Source of the DNA: an uncultured bacterium
GTDB lineage: Bacteria > Spirochaetota > B62-G9 > DRHN01
Reading direction: 5' to 3'
NCBI GenBank assembly: GCA_965603595.1
Contig: CBFDDP010000005.1
Span: 1 to 54,328, forward strand
DNA length: 54,328 nucleotides
Part shown: positions 37,243 through 47,271 of the stretch, one piece after another
Layout of the letters: the number at the start of each line of letters is the position of its first letter
Position numbering within the stretch: position 1 is the first letter of the stretch
Notes under the pieces: model-generated
What the model was told of the DNA's origin: nothing
The model's database searches: none
The model's input: the letters and a program-made list of their open reading frames with translations, nothing else
Translations under genes and position numbers: made by a program

Positions 37243-38276
37243 ACCTGCTCTCCAAGAAAGTTCTCCTCCTGCGAAAGGAGCACGAGGAGCTTCGCTGCCC
37301 TGTACACATCCTTCACCTGTATGACTTCAACTTGCGAATGCATGTAGCGGAGCGGAATGTATACTCCGGCTGTAAACACACCCCACTTCGTCACCTGCAG
37401 ATAGTAGGCATCCGTATGGCCGGGACGCGGCTCTATCTCTTCCTGCATTGGAATGTCTTCTCTCTGCGCAATATCGGCAAGCCTCCTGACAAGCGGCGGA
37501 TAGAAATTGGGCCCCTTGCCCAGCACAGGCCCCTTGCCTGTTTGCACCGATATCGATGCATCACCGGGGTCAGCGAAGGTCACATCGCACACCACAGCCA
37601 CATGCGGCTCGATGGAGAAGCCCCCGACTTTGGCCCCGCGAAGGCCGACCTCCTCCTGGGCCGCGAAGAGAAAATAGACATCGTGATAAGGGGTGACCTG
37701 CGAAAAGGCTCTTGCGGCTGTGAGCAGAGTGAGAGCGCCTGCCTTGTTGTCCAGGCCTGAGCTCGTGAAATGATCACCGAGGAGCTCATCGCTGTAGTAG
37801 TCCACAACTGCGATATCGCCGACCTGCACACTCCGCTCAGCCTCACGGCGGTTTCTGAAACCCGCATCGATGAACAGCTCGTGGAGCGGCTCCCCCTTCT
37901 TTCCGTCCGTCGCTGTGAGATGGGGAGGGGGCATGCCGATGACACCAGCCCTGTCACGCCTGCCGAGCAGTCGCACCCTCTTTCCGTACAGGGTGAGAGG
38001 ATTGATACCGCCGATCCCCGTGAAGCGGAGCACGCCATTTTCCTCGATTGCCGTGATCATAAGACCAATTTGATCGATGTGGGCGTCGAAGAGGAGACGC
38101 TGCGGTTCCCTGCCGGAACCGCGCTTACAGGCGATAAGGTTGCCGAGCCTGTCCCGTTCAACCGCATCGACATGAGCGGATATGAACTCCTGCAGGAGAT
38201 CGGCAAACTCATCCTCGAAGCCCGACACCGATGGAATAGCGCAGAGCCTTAAAAGCTGCTCTTTGAGTTCTTTCAC
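37239..38276 (-). CDS. M42-family (TET) aminopeptidase
   Basis: AHIDQ, LDNKAG, QEEVGLRGA, CDVT, TDA, RYMH. Confidence 0.92.
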   Translation of the reverse strand: MKELKEQLLRLCAIPSVSGFEDEFADLLQEFISAHVDAVERDRLGNLIACKRGSGREPQRLLFDAHIDQIGLMITAIEENGVLRFTGIGGINPLTLYGKRVRLLGRRDRAGVIGMPPPHLTATDGKKGEPLHELFIDAGFRNRREAERSVQVGDIAVVDYYSDELLGDHFTSSGLDNKAGALTLLTAARAFSQVTPYHDVYFLFAAQEEVGLRGAKVGGFSIEPHVAVVCDVTFADPGDASISVQTGKGPVLGKGPNFYPPLVRRLADIAQREDIPMQEEIEPRPGHTDAYYLQVTKWGVFTAGVYIPLRYMHSQVEVIQVKDVYRAAKLLVLLSQEENFLGEQV

Positions 38277-38352
38277 GGGCCCTCCACCAATTTATAAGAA
38301 AAACCATGAAATAGGTATGCGGGTAAAGCGGTCGCCGTGCGTACCTTCAATG

Positions 38353-38381
38353 ACTCTACCGAGGTACCTGTACAATGTCAA
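38353..38381 (-). promoter_or_regulatory. sigma70 promoter of the M42 operon
   Basis: TTGACA-17 nt-TAGAGT on the minus strand. Confidence 0.55.
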
Positions 38382-38574
38382 GAAAAAGCGTTTACAATGT
38401 ATTGAATGATTCACACATAGGTACCAAGGTTGCGCGATTACATGAAAGATGGGCACAGCACCTTTTTCCTGTTGATTTCCAGCGTCAGTACATGAATAAT
38501 GTAGTGGGAGTGCGGAGGCAGAATGTACTCTCTTCACGTGGTGGCGAGCACATGAGCGGGGAGGGAATTGGTGC

Positions 38575-39672
38575 ATGGCAAAGTCGGCAACAAGGACATT
38601 CGGTATACTGACAAGCGGCGGTGACTGCCCGGGCCTCAACGCCGCCATACGGGGCGTGGCAAAGGCAGCGTACGGCATGTATGACATGAACATAATCGGT
38701 ATATCGGACGGCTTCCGGGGTCTTATTACGGGGGAGGCGCATATCATGAAGCCCGCGGACTTCTCGGGCATTCTCACCCTCGGCGGGACCATACTGGGCA
38801 CCTCACGGGAGAAACCCTTCAAGAACATCGGTGGGATGGCCGATTCCGAGGAGGGAAGGACCAAGCCTGAGGCAATCAAGGATAACTATCGAAAACTGGG
38901 TCTGGACTGCCTCGTTGTGCTCGGCGGCAACGGTACCCACAAAACCGCCAACCTCTTGAAACTGGAAGGTCTGAACGTCATTGGCCTGCCCAAAACCATT
39001 GACAATGACATCTACGGCACTGACATGACCTTCGGCTTTCACAGCGCCATGCAGATAGCAGCCGAGGCAATAGACCGGCTCCATTCCACCGCCGACTCCC
39101 ACAACCGCATCATGATCATTGAAGTCATGGGCCACCGTGCAGGATGGCTCGCCCTGTATGCCGGCATTGCCGGCGGCGGGGACATCATACTTATTCCCGA
39201 GATCCCCTACAGTATCGACAGTATCGTGCGCCATCTCATGAAACGGGAACGCGGGGGAAAACAGTTCTCCATTGTGGTGGTGGCCGAAGGCGCACTCTCA
39301 ACCGAGGAGGCCAAGCTCAGCAGGGAGGAGCGGAAGAAGCGCCAGAAGAAGAACAGGTCTCCTTCAAAGGGCTATGAGCTCAAGGAGGAGATCGAGGGCG
39401 CCTACGGCATGGAAACACGCGTCACGGTACTCGGCCATCAGCAGCGGGGAGGTGCGCCGTCTCCCTATGATCGGGTTCTCGCCACCAGGTTCGGTACAGC
39501 CGCAGCCGATCTTCTCTGTTGCGGTGAGTACGGCAAGATGGTTGCGCTTGAGGGCAATGACATCACTGCGAAACCCCTCGAGGATATCGCCGGAAAACTC
39601 AAGCTCGTTCCTCCCGACCACTATCTGATACAGACTGCCCGCTCAGTGGGAACCTGCTTCGGGGACGAATAA
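38575..39672 (+). CDS. pfkA: 6-phosphofructokinase (group III type, likely ATP-dependent)
   Basis: TSGGDCPGLN, GGTILGTSR, GGNGT, PKTIDND, EVMGH, LGHQQRGG. Confidence 0.92.
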   Translation: MAKSATRTFGILTSGGDCPGLNAAIRGVAKAAYGMYDMNIIGISDGFRGLITGEAHIMKPADFSGILTLGGTILGTSREKPFKNIGGMADSEEGRTKPEAIKDNYRKLGLDCLVVLGGNGTHKTANLLKLEGLNVIGLPKTIDNDIYGTDMTFGFHSAMQIAAEAIDRLHSTADSHNRIMIIEVMGHRAGWLALYAGIAGGGDIILIPEIPYSIDSIVRHLMKRERGGKQFSIVVVAEGALSTEEAKLSREERKKRQKKNRSPSKGYELKEEIEGAYGMETRVTVLGHQQRGGAPSPYDRVLATRFGTAAADLLCCGEYGKMVALEGNDITAKPLEDIAGKLKLVPPDHYLIQTARSVGTCFGDE

Positions 39673-39727
39673 TTTCGGTCCCATCATTCTCTACCGACCA
39701 ATAAACCAGTTCTGCTTTCAACGATCC

Positions 39728-41542
39728 TTATTCTATCTCTCTCTTCCCAATGAAGAGCTTACTACCCCGCTCAGTTATCCCATAGGCCATGACCTTTTCT
39801 TCGCTGTCGATGACCCGTACCCTCCCTGATTTCATGTTTCCCGCCACGAAACCTACCATGGGATGCAGGTTTTTCTCCTTTCCATCCACCTGAATGATCA
39901 GTGTGCCGTCGCTTTCCCGAAATACCCTGAAATCCGTCTCATCCCGGCTCTGCCAGAACCGACCGAAAGTCCGCACATCACCCATCCATCCGTCCATGGC
40001 CCTGACACCCTTCATCAGCTTCTCCTGTGCCTCGAGTTTGTGGCTTTCGGTCCGCGTGTCCGAAGGATGGACGAGCAGAACTGTTATGGCCTCGTTGTTA
40101 CGATGGGCCTCAGCCACTTCAAGCCAAGACTGTGCAACCCTGTCTGCCGTTTTTGGGGTGAGGTACCCCAACGAGTCATCGAGGGTTACCGGTAGTTCGA
40201 TAATCTTTGATTCCGGCGAACCGAGATGCCTCTCGCGTATGGCCATGTAGGGAAATGCGGTGAGCACATCGTTGGCCGAATAGGTGGAGTCGTAGCGATA
40301 GTCCGCCTCCTCGAGCACCCTGATGAGTATGTGCGGAAATTCGAGGTCACCGGCTCTGAAGGACAGGGTGTTAAGTCCGGGTACATCTCGCTCGAGGAGC
40401 TCCTTGCTCACCCGAACCTCACCCTGCACCGTGATCTGTTTCCGGGGATCGTATGTCTTGAAGGTCACCCCGGGGTCACCCTCCTCGACCTTTGAAAACT
40501 GCTTGTAATGCGACACGGTATGAGAACCGATCTCCCAGCCCCTGCGGTGGAGCTCGCGGATGGCGTTCCTGTTCTCCTCTATGTTGTAGTAGTCGATGTC
40601 CATCCAGTCGGTGAAGTACTTGGTGTTCATGAAAAAGGTGCTCGTCACGCCGTAGCGCTGCTCGAGAACGGCAAACTTGAGTGAGTCGACAAAAGAGGTC
40701 TGCGCATCCACATCGTGTGAGAGAATGAGTGCCGTTGGTTTTGCATAGGGCGCGGTACTGAGGTAGACATAGGGCGAATAGTTACTTTCATAGATGGCCT
40801 TGAGTATGAGCATGATTACATCGGCGGAGGGTTCTATGGAGTTCACGTATTGCCGCTGCGCCTCGAAATCGTCACCCACCTGGGGGAGGAGTACCGACTC
40901 CGTGTAGGAGAGCCCAAGCAAATAGGTATGTCCCCGGCCGTACCGGTTTTTCACCAATCCTATACTCCCATCGTCGAACCTGGCGAGCGATACAGCGCCT
41001 TCCGCAGGCTTGAATCCGTGTGACCAGATGACGTCGTCGTAGAAGTGCCCCTCACCGTTTCCAAGGGAAATGGTACGTTCATTGGGATGATCGAGGTAGC
41101 GGAATGAATCATCCTTTCCCGAAAAATGCAGTCGATACCGCCTCGTGCTGGGCTCGTGACCCTGAACACCGAACAGGGTGTATACCCGGTTTCCGATCTC
41201 ACCAGCCGCTACGAGCACATTTCCCAGTTCAACATAGTCGTACAGTGCATTCGCCGTTTCGGTAGAAACGGCAACGTTGGTGAGAAGACCTCCCATATAC
41301 ACTACGCGGTAGCGCCTGAGCTGTGTGGTTTCCGTCAGCACCCTGTAGGGTATACCCTGTATATCGAATATCCTTCGTAGGGCTTCAAACTCGACACTTC
41401 CGCTCCCCCTCCCCTCTGCTGCCTCCACGTCCAGGAGACCAACGTGCACCTGCACTGGCCGCCTGCCGTCACCCATCACATGAAACCAGAAGAGGAAAAG
41501 AATAGAGAGAGCAAGCTGGGCAGATCTTTTATATTTTTTCAT
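39728..41542 (-). CDS. Exported polysaccharide deacetylase (CE4/NodB-like) with N-terminal GATase-like domain
   Basis: Signal peptide; LSHDVD, STFF, WEIGSHTVSH, SFRAG, YDST, LLVHP motifs. Confidence 0.82.
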   Translation of the reverse strand: MKKYKRSAQLALSILFLFWFHVMGDGRRPVQVHVGLLDVEAAEGRGSGSVEFEALRRIFDIQGIPYRVLTETTQLRRYRVVYMGGLLTNVAVSTETANALYDYVELGNVLVAAGEIGNRVYTLFGVQGHEPSTRRYRLHFSGKDDSFRYLDHPNERTISLGNGEGHFYDDVIWSHGFKPAEGAVSLARFDDGSIGLVKNRYGRGHTYLLGLSYTESVLLPQVGDDFEAQRQYVNSIEPSADVIMLILKAIYESNYSPYVYLSTAPYAKPTALILSHDVDAQTSFVDSLKFAVLEQRYGVTSTFFMNTKYFTDWMDIDYYNIEENRNAIRELHRRGWEIGSHTVSHYKQFSKVEEGDPGVTFKTYDPRKQITVQGEVRVSKELLERDVPGLNTLSFRAGDLEFPHILIRVLEEADYRYDSTYSANDVLTAFPYMAIRERHLGSPESKIIELPVTLDDSLGYLTPKTADRVAQSWLEVAEAHRNNEAITVLLVHPSDTRTESHKLEAQEKLMKGVRAMDGWMGDVRTFGRFWQSRDETDFRVFRESDGTLIIQVDGKEKNLHPMVGFVAGNMKSGRVRVIDSEEKVMAYGITERGSKLFIGKREIE

Positions 41543-41602
41543 GAAAAGCCACCTCTATGCATTTTCACGTTTCCTGCAACAGGCATGCATGGCATCACCT
41601 GC

Positions 41603-42988
41603 CTATTTGTCCCAGAAAGAGGCGTTCAGTTCCGGCTTCCTCAACATCTCCACAACCATGACAAACCACGCCGTTGACGCCACGCTGGGATCGGTCGAAA
41701 ACTGATAGGGTACGTCCACCGTTGCATATTGCAGGCCACCCTCAACACTGAGGGGCAGCATGGCCTCGACAATTCCTATCGCCTTCTCAGCTTGACCGCT
41801 TTTTATGTATGCGGCAGCCACACCGAGACTCCCCTCACCCCACACAATTTCCATGTTGCGCCACCGTTTGTCAGGGTCGTCGGGGTAGAAATAAGCATTG
41901 ACTTCCCCTTCCTCGAACACCGGCTCCGCATAGTAGGGTCTGTATCCCCAAACGTCCTCAGATTGACAGCGGAAGTTCCGCTCAACGGTGTTCAGGCACC
42001 GCCTCGCTTTCCCACGCTCACCGATACTGTTCAGAAACAGTGATGCCCAGGATGCCCCGTCAAGGGGCAGTGCGGCGTCTATTGCCTGGTCACCCTTGAT
42101 GCCACGTATGAACTGCCCCCTGTCGCTCCGCCAGAGCGTGAGAAGACCCTGCTCAATGCTCTCTGACGCCTCTTCATACCGCTTATCCCCCGTGAGACGG
42201 CCCAGATCCCGGATAAAGTAGTACGCATCAATGTTGTGCTCCATACTTATCCAGGTGATCTCTTCACTGCGGTACCGCTCAAGAAGGTTCTTCTCCTTCT
42301 CGTCAACAGCAAGCTGATAGGTCCCCTGCCCTCCCGTTACGAGACCGTGGCGAAGGTCCCCGGGATCATGTATCTGACGGGCAAGAACCCACTCCCCTGC
42401 CTGCTCTGCCATACCGAGAAGGTCCTGTGCAAAAAAATCCTCCTCCAGGAAGAACTCATCCTTCAGTGCACGTGCTCTCAGATAGAAGGTCACCGCATAC
42501 CCTATCCAGCACACAGCCCCGGTACGAATAATGGCCCCCTCATTGTCTCCCTCGTTCGGCCAGCTGTTCACCGTGTTGTAGGCAAACCAGAAGCTTCCGT
42601 CATCACGCATGTTCCTCTGAAGCGCGGTGAGAATGAGCTCGGCCTCCTGATATGCGCCTGCCATGGTCAGTGCAATAACGGCAAGGGCATTATCATAGGA
42701 AAACGAGCGGCTGTATATGTACCGGAATGCGGGATGAGTCTCCGGGATCCGATAGCTGACAACCAGCCTCCTTCTTCCGGGATTCGGCTCCTGAACGATT
42801 GTATTGGGTACCATCTGCTCCTTCAGCCACCTGATTGCTTCTCCTTCAACCCGAAGCACCTTGTCGCCCAGCATGGGGTTGCTGCCGGGCAGCCGGTCAT
42901 CCGCCCTGTTCCCCGCAAAGGATGAGAGAAGGACAACCGCAGCCACCATATGTGCAAGCATGATTCTCTGTAGCATCACCTTTTCCAC
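41603..42988 (-). CDS. Exported (alpha/alpha)6-barrel glycoside hydrolase-like protein
   Basis: Signal peptide; helical repeats with YDNALA, DGSFW, SMEHNID.Y, LDGASW, WGEGS and VASTAW. Confidence 0.6.
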   Translation of the reverse strand: MEKVMLQRIMLAHMVAAVVLLSSFAGNRADDRLPGSNPMLGDKVLRVEGEAIRWLKEQMVPNTIVQEPNPGRRRLVVSYRIPETHPAFRYIYSRSFSYDNALAVIALTMAGAYQEAELILTALQRNMRDDGSFWFAYNTVNSWPNEGDNEGAIIRTGAVCWIGYAVTFYLRARALKDEFFLEEDFFAQDLLGMAEQAGEWVLARQIHDPGDLRHGLVTGGQGTYQLAVDEKEKNLLERYRSEEITWISMEHNIDAYYFIRDLGRLTGDKRYEEASESIEQGLLTLWRSDRGQFIRGIKGDQAIDAALPLDGASWASLFLNSIGERGKARRCLNTVERNFRCQSEDVWGYRPYYAEPVFEEGEVNAYFYPDDPDKRWRNMEIVWGEGSLGVAAAYIKSGQAEKAIGIVEAMLPLSVEGGLQYATVDVPYQFSTDPSVASTAWFVMVVEMLRKPELNASFWDK

Positions 42989-43276
42989 TCTCCTTTACGG
43001 ATGAACCCTATGCTGCAAACATACCCGTTATGCCGATACCTGCCGTACCACCTGTAAGGATAATCATCCCATAGAAAATTCTATACCCACTGAGGGCTCT
43101 TTTCCAGTTATACCGCATACATTTTGATGTGCGCAATGCATGCAAATGGCTTCTGGGGATATTTTCGACACTTTTATATCAAGCCTCAAACCATGTACCG
43201 ATAATGGAAATGGACAGAAAAAAGGATTACACTAGGCACGACGGTACATAACCGAACACCTCAGGAGTGACTGTAC

Positions 43277-44620
43277 ATGCGAAACAGGACTTTCATAGTG
43301 CTACTCTTCATGGTGCTGCTGATTCCCCTTCACCTTTTCGCACAGGAAGCTGAGCAGTATGCCGACGAAATCGATCGTCTCATTGACCAGGGTATTCAGT
43401 ACGAGTGGGAGAACAAGCTCCAACAGGCCATTGACACCTACCGTCAGGTCATCATACTTGATCCGGAAAACGTGCTCGTACGGATTCGGCTGGCAAAGGT
43501 GCTGAGCTGGACCAATCAATACGATGAGGCGCTTAACATCCTCGACGAAGTGCTGGCCCAGGAGCCGGAGCAGCCGGAGGCGCTTTTCCGGAAGGCTCAG
43601 ATCGTGAGCTGGCAGGGAAGATTCGAGGAGTCGATCAAACTGTACGAGGCCTATCTCGAACAGGAGCCTAGTCGTCCCGAAGGCCTCATGGGGCTGGCTC
43701 GGGTCTATTTCTGGTCGGGACAGAACGAGCGTGCAATAGAATATTTCAATAGGGCGATCGAGGCTGGTGCCGACGAGGTTGATACGCGGATCAACATGGC
43801 AAAGGTCTACCTGGCTCTGGGAAACAACGATCAGGCCGAAGTGGAGCTGCAGACTGTGCTGGCCATCAATCCCGAGCATGAGGAGGCAAGGCGACTGCTC
43901 GAGGGGATTCCAAAGCTCTGGAAGTACGAGTATGTACCGCTGGGATTCATTCTGTACATCTACCCAGATGGTTCAAAGGGATGCAACTTTTCAACTTCAT
44001 TCATATATCATCACAGGCAGCGATGGGATTTCATTTCTGCCTACGAGCTGGAATACATAAGCAGCAAATTCGATCACACCCTCATATTCACCACCGTGTA
44101 CATGGGAGTACCGGGGCTCTACCTGCTTGCAGGGGGAGAGGTGACGCCGCAGGCCAACTTCTCACCCACAGGCACGGTAAACCTGGGAATAAATTACGCC
44201 TTCGGAAACTTTATCGGGGCCGGTATTGGCTTTAGAGCTGATTTCTTCGGCGATGCGCCCCTGTCGTCCATACAGAACGAAAGCCTGTACGAGATACGGC
44301 CCGAGATATCAAAGTATTTCGGGGATATAAGCCACGTAACGCTTTCGTACAGCCACTTCATCCTTTCAAATGGCTACAATACATGGAAAATCGGCATCGG
44401 GATGACGCTGGATTACTACAAGAATAATGCACTCTTTGCGGGTCTGGCGTACGGTGGAAGCGTGGAGATACAGGACGAGACGAGAAGGGTCCTTGAGTTT
44501 GATCTGGGCATCGGCTACAGGGTCACACGGAGGCTCGACCTTGGCCTCTCCTACGCATACATCGACACGCTGTACGGCCAGACCCATCAGATTGGTTTTC
44601 GTCCGGTACTCAGATGGTAA
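43277..44620 (+). CDS. TPR + outer-membrane beta-barrel protein (PgaA/YaiO-like architecture)
   Basis: Signal peptide; about 5 TPRs (LA.V.SW.G...EA type); C-terminal alternating hydrophobic strands ending in aromatic W (IGFRPVLRW). Confidence 0.78.
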   Translation: MRNRTFIVLLFMVLLIPLHLFAQEAEQYADEIDRLIDQGIQYEWENKLQQAIDTYRQVIILDPENVLVRIRLAKVLSWTNQYDEALNILDEVLAQEPEQPEALFRKAQIVSWQGRFEESIKLYEAYLEQEPSRPEGLMGLARVYFWSGQNERAIEYFNRAIEAGADEVDTRINMAKVYLALGNNDQAEVELQTVLAINPEHEEARRLLEGIPKLWKYEYVPLGFILYIYPDGSKGCNFSTSFIYHHRQRWDFISAYELEYISSKFDHTLIFTTVYMGVPGLYLLAGGEVTPQANFSPTGTVNLGINYAFGNFIGAGIGFRADFFGDAPLSSIQNESLYEIRPEISKYFGDISHVTLSYSHFILSNGYNTWKIGIGMTLDYYKNNALFAGLAYGGSVEIQDETRRVLEFDLGIGYRVTRRLDLGLSYAYIDTLYGQTHQIGFRPVLRW

Positions 44621-45843
44621 TGCTCGATTTTCTCACATCCATCCGGTCAATTACCTATACCATTACCCTATCTCTCTTCGGATTCGTACTCGCAGTCTTC
44701 ATGCTCTCCCTGGCATTTCAGCTTCTGAAGTCTCTGGTCATGAGTATCAGGGCACGCGCCAGGAGAAGGGCCCTCCATACGCTCATTGGTTTCATGCTCG
44801 GTGAATCGGAACTCGCCCGTGTTGCCGATACCTGCAGGAACCGAAACATTCTGATCGACGTATTCGCCACCCTCATCTCTTCCATACGGGGGCAGAAACA
44901 GGAGCGTATGAAGAGTGGTGTGAATGCCATGGGGCTTGTGGAGGTTCTGCACCGATGGCTTCGCTATGTTTTCCCCTCACGGCGGATGCGCGCCTGCTAC
45001 CTCCTGGGACTCATGAAATCGAGAACGAGCGCAAAGGAACTTTCAAAAACCCTGTCTGACTTCAACCACGCAGTCGTATCGGCAGCAATCATCGCGCTCG
45101 GTGAGATAAGGGACAGCCAGACGGTCCCTGAACTTGTCAGCTATTGCAACAGCAGCAGCTTTGCACATGCATGGCTCATTGCAGCCATCCTCCCTATATT
45201 CGGCGGGGCCATATACGAGCATATCATGCCCTCTCTCCTCTCTGACGAGCTTCCCAAAGAGAAGAAGGTGCTCCTGCTCAAGGTCATCACCAATCTCCGC
45301 ATAGGAGAAAGCTTCAACGACCTGCGGGGGTTGTACTTGAGCAGCAATGACCTCGATATACGGGTCAATGCGCTCAAGGCAATCGGGAGCATCAACGACC
45401 TGTCCGCGGTCAAGCTTGTCTTCGACGCACTGACCGATGAAGCCTGGGAGATCAGGGCGGTAGCCTGCAATACGGTGGGTGAGATGTCCCTGAAAGGAGC
45501 AGCGTACCGGCTCATACCCCTGCTCAAGGACGAGTACTACTATGTGCGAAGAAATGCCGCGCGGGCACTCCTCGGGCTTGGCCAGATAGGAATCATGACC
45601 CTCGTGAGCTACCTGGAGATCGACGATCAGTATGCCCGAGATGCCATTGTGCAGACCCTCGAAGAGTTCGCTGTCGTGGACCGTGCGCTGGAGGACGCAA
45701 CATGCGATAACCCGGAACGGCGAAAGCAGTCCCGACAGATTCTACGAGCCATTGTGCAGAAAGGCTACACCAGATATCTCAGCAATTACACTGACTCTCA
45801 TCCCCTGGTACAGGAACTTCTGAGCGAGTACGCGCATGCCTGA
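44614..45843 (+). CDS. Membrane-anchored HEAT-repeat protein
   Basis: N-terminal TM; repeats R..A..LLG, AIIALGEI, IRVNALKAIG, WEIRAVAC..VG, YYVRRNAARAL. Confidence 0.88.
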   Translation: MVMLDFLTSIRSITYTITLSLFGFVLAVFMLSLAFQLLKSLVMSIRARARRRALHTLIGFMLGESELARVADTCRNRNILIDVFATLISSIRGQKQERMKSGVNAMGLVEVLHRWLRYVFPSRRMRACYLLGLMKSRTSAKELSKTLSDFNHAVVSAAIIALGEIRDSQTVPELVSYCNSSSFAHAWLIAAILPIFGGAIYEHIMPSLLSDELPKEKKVLLLKVITNLRIGESFNDLRGLYLSSNDLDIRVNALKAIGSINDLSAVKLVFDALTDEAWEIRAVACNTVGEMSLKGAAYRLIPLLKDEYYYVRRNAARALLGLGQIGIMTLVSYLEIDDQYARDAIVQTLEEFAVVDRALEDATCDNPERRKQSRQILRAIVQKGYTRYLSNYTDSHPLVQELLSEYAHA

Positions 45844-47239
45844 TCTGAACCTCATTCTCAACATCATCTTCACCTTTGTTGTCTTCTATTACTTTCTTAT
45901 TAACACCGTCTACCTCATCGTACTCTTTTTATCCATACTGCAGATAAACCGTATGAAGAAGCACCGCTACACCTTCGATCTCGATCAGGCCTTCAAGTTC
46001 CGGCTTCTGCCGCCAGTCTCAATCATACTGCCCGCTTACAACGAGGAAAAAACCATTGTCGAAAGTGTCACCTCGCTCCTCTTCATCAAATACCCGAACT
46101 ATGAACTCCTCGTGGTGAACGATGGCTCGAAGGATAATACGCTGCAGGTCCTTATCGACTCCTTCAATCTCATCAAGACCGACTACGTGTACAGATGCTC
46201 CATCGATACAGAGGAAGTGCGGGGTATATACATCTCAAAGGAGTACCGCTCCCTCGTGGTGATCGACAAGGGCAACGGCGGCAAGGCAGATGCCCTCAAC
46301 GCAGGCATCAACATCTCGCGCTACCCCTACTTCTGCGCCATCGATGCAGACTCCATACTGGGTGAGGATGCACTCGCACGGCTCATCATACCCTTTGTGC
46401 ACGACCCTCTCAGGACAACAGCTGTCGGCGGTATCGTGAAGGCGGCAAACGGCGCGCATATCGAGAAGGGCCGACTGCTCAGGGAGCGGCTGCCGAAGAA
46501 TCCCCTCGTCATCTTTCAGACTATCGAGTACGCCCGTTCCTTCCTTATGGGAAGAATGGGGCTTTCGGTGATCAATTCGCTGCTCATCATTTCTGGTGCC
46601 CTCGGGCTTTTTCGCAAGGAAGACGTGCTCAAGGTGGCAGGCTACAAAACTGGGAGCCTCGGAGAGGACATGCTTCTCGTGGTGAGCCTGCACAAGCAGA
46701 AGCTCAGGGAGAGGAAGCCCTACCGCATATGCTTTTTACACGACTCGGTCTGCTGGACAGAGATTCCCTCGGACCTGAAAACACTGAAGAAGCAGCGGGT
46801 CCGATGGCAGATGGGACTTCTGGAGAGCATCACCGAAAATAGAGACATGTTTCTCAATCCCCGTTACGGTGTGGTAGGGCTCTTTTCCATTCCCTTCTAC
46901 TTCTTCTCTGAGATCATCCCGCCCTTTCTCGAGTTCATAGGGTATGTGGTGATCGGACTCGGGCTTTATATGAAGGCCCTGACGCCTACGAACATACTGT
47001 ACTTCTTTCTCGTGTCCTGGGTGTACAGTACAGTCCACAGCTTTGTTGGCCTTGCTATGGAACACTTCGTGGTCGGGACAACGCTCAAGTTTCACCACTT
47101 TCTCTTCAAACTGCTCGTGTCACTGTTTGAGAACCTCTTCTACCGTCAGATAAATCTCATATACAGGATCACGGGGGTATTCAAGTTCTTTACAAAAAAG
47201 CGGGAATGGGGAGAGATGGAGCGCCGCGGCTTCAAATAG
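45836..47239 (+). CDS. Processive GT2 glycosyltransferase (PgaC/IcaA-like polysaccharide synthase)
   Basis: PAYNEE, VNDGSKD, GGKADALN, IDADS, SGALGLF, GEDM, QRVRW; N- and C-terminal TMs; WGEMERRGF tail. Confidence 0.93.
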   Translation: MPDLNLILNIIFTFVVFYYFLINTVYLIVLFLSILQINRMKKHRYTFDLDQAFKFRLLPPVSIILPAYNEEKTIVESVTSLLFIKYPNYELLVVNDGSKDNTLQVLIDSFNLIKTDYVYRCSIDTEEVRGIYISKEYRSLVVIDKGNGGKADALNAGINISRYPYFCAIDADSILGEDALARLIIPFVHDPLRTTAVGGIVKAANGAHIEKGRLLRERLPKNPLVIFQTIEYARSFLMGRMGLSVINSLLIISGALGLFRKEDVLKVAGYKTGSLGEDMLLVVSLHKQKLRERKPYRICFLHDSVCWTEIPSDLKTLKKQRVRWQMGLLESITENRDMFLNPRYGVVGLFSIPFYFFSEIIPPFLEFIGYVVIGLGLYMKALTPTNILYFFLVSWVYSTVHSFVGLAMEHFVVGTTLKFHHFLFKLLVSLFENLFYRQINLIYRITGVFKFFTKKREWGEMERRGFK

Positions 47240-47271
47240 CCCAAAGGGGTGATACAGAGGCACGTGTATCG

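Noticed and set aside
43223-43240. AGGCACG upstream of the TPR/barrel gene as a sigma54 promoter
   Set aside because: No TTGC -12 element.
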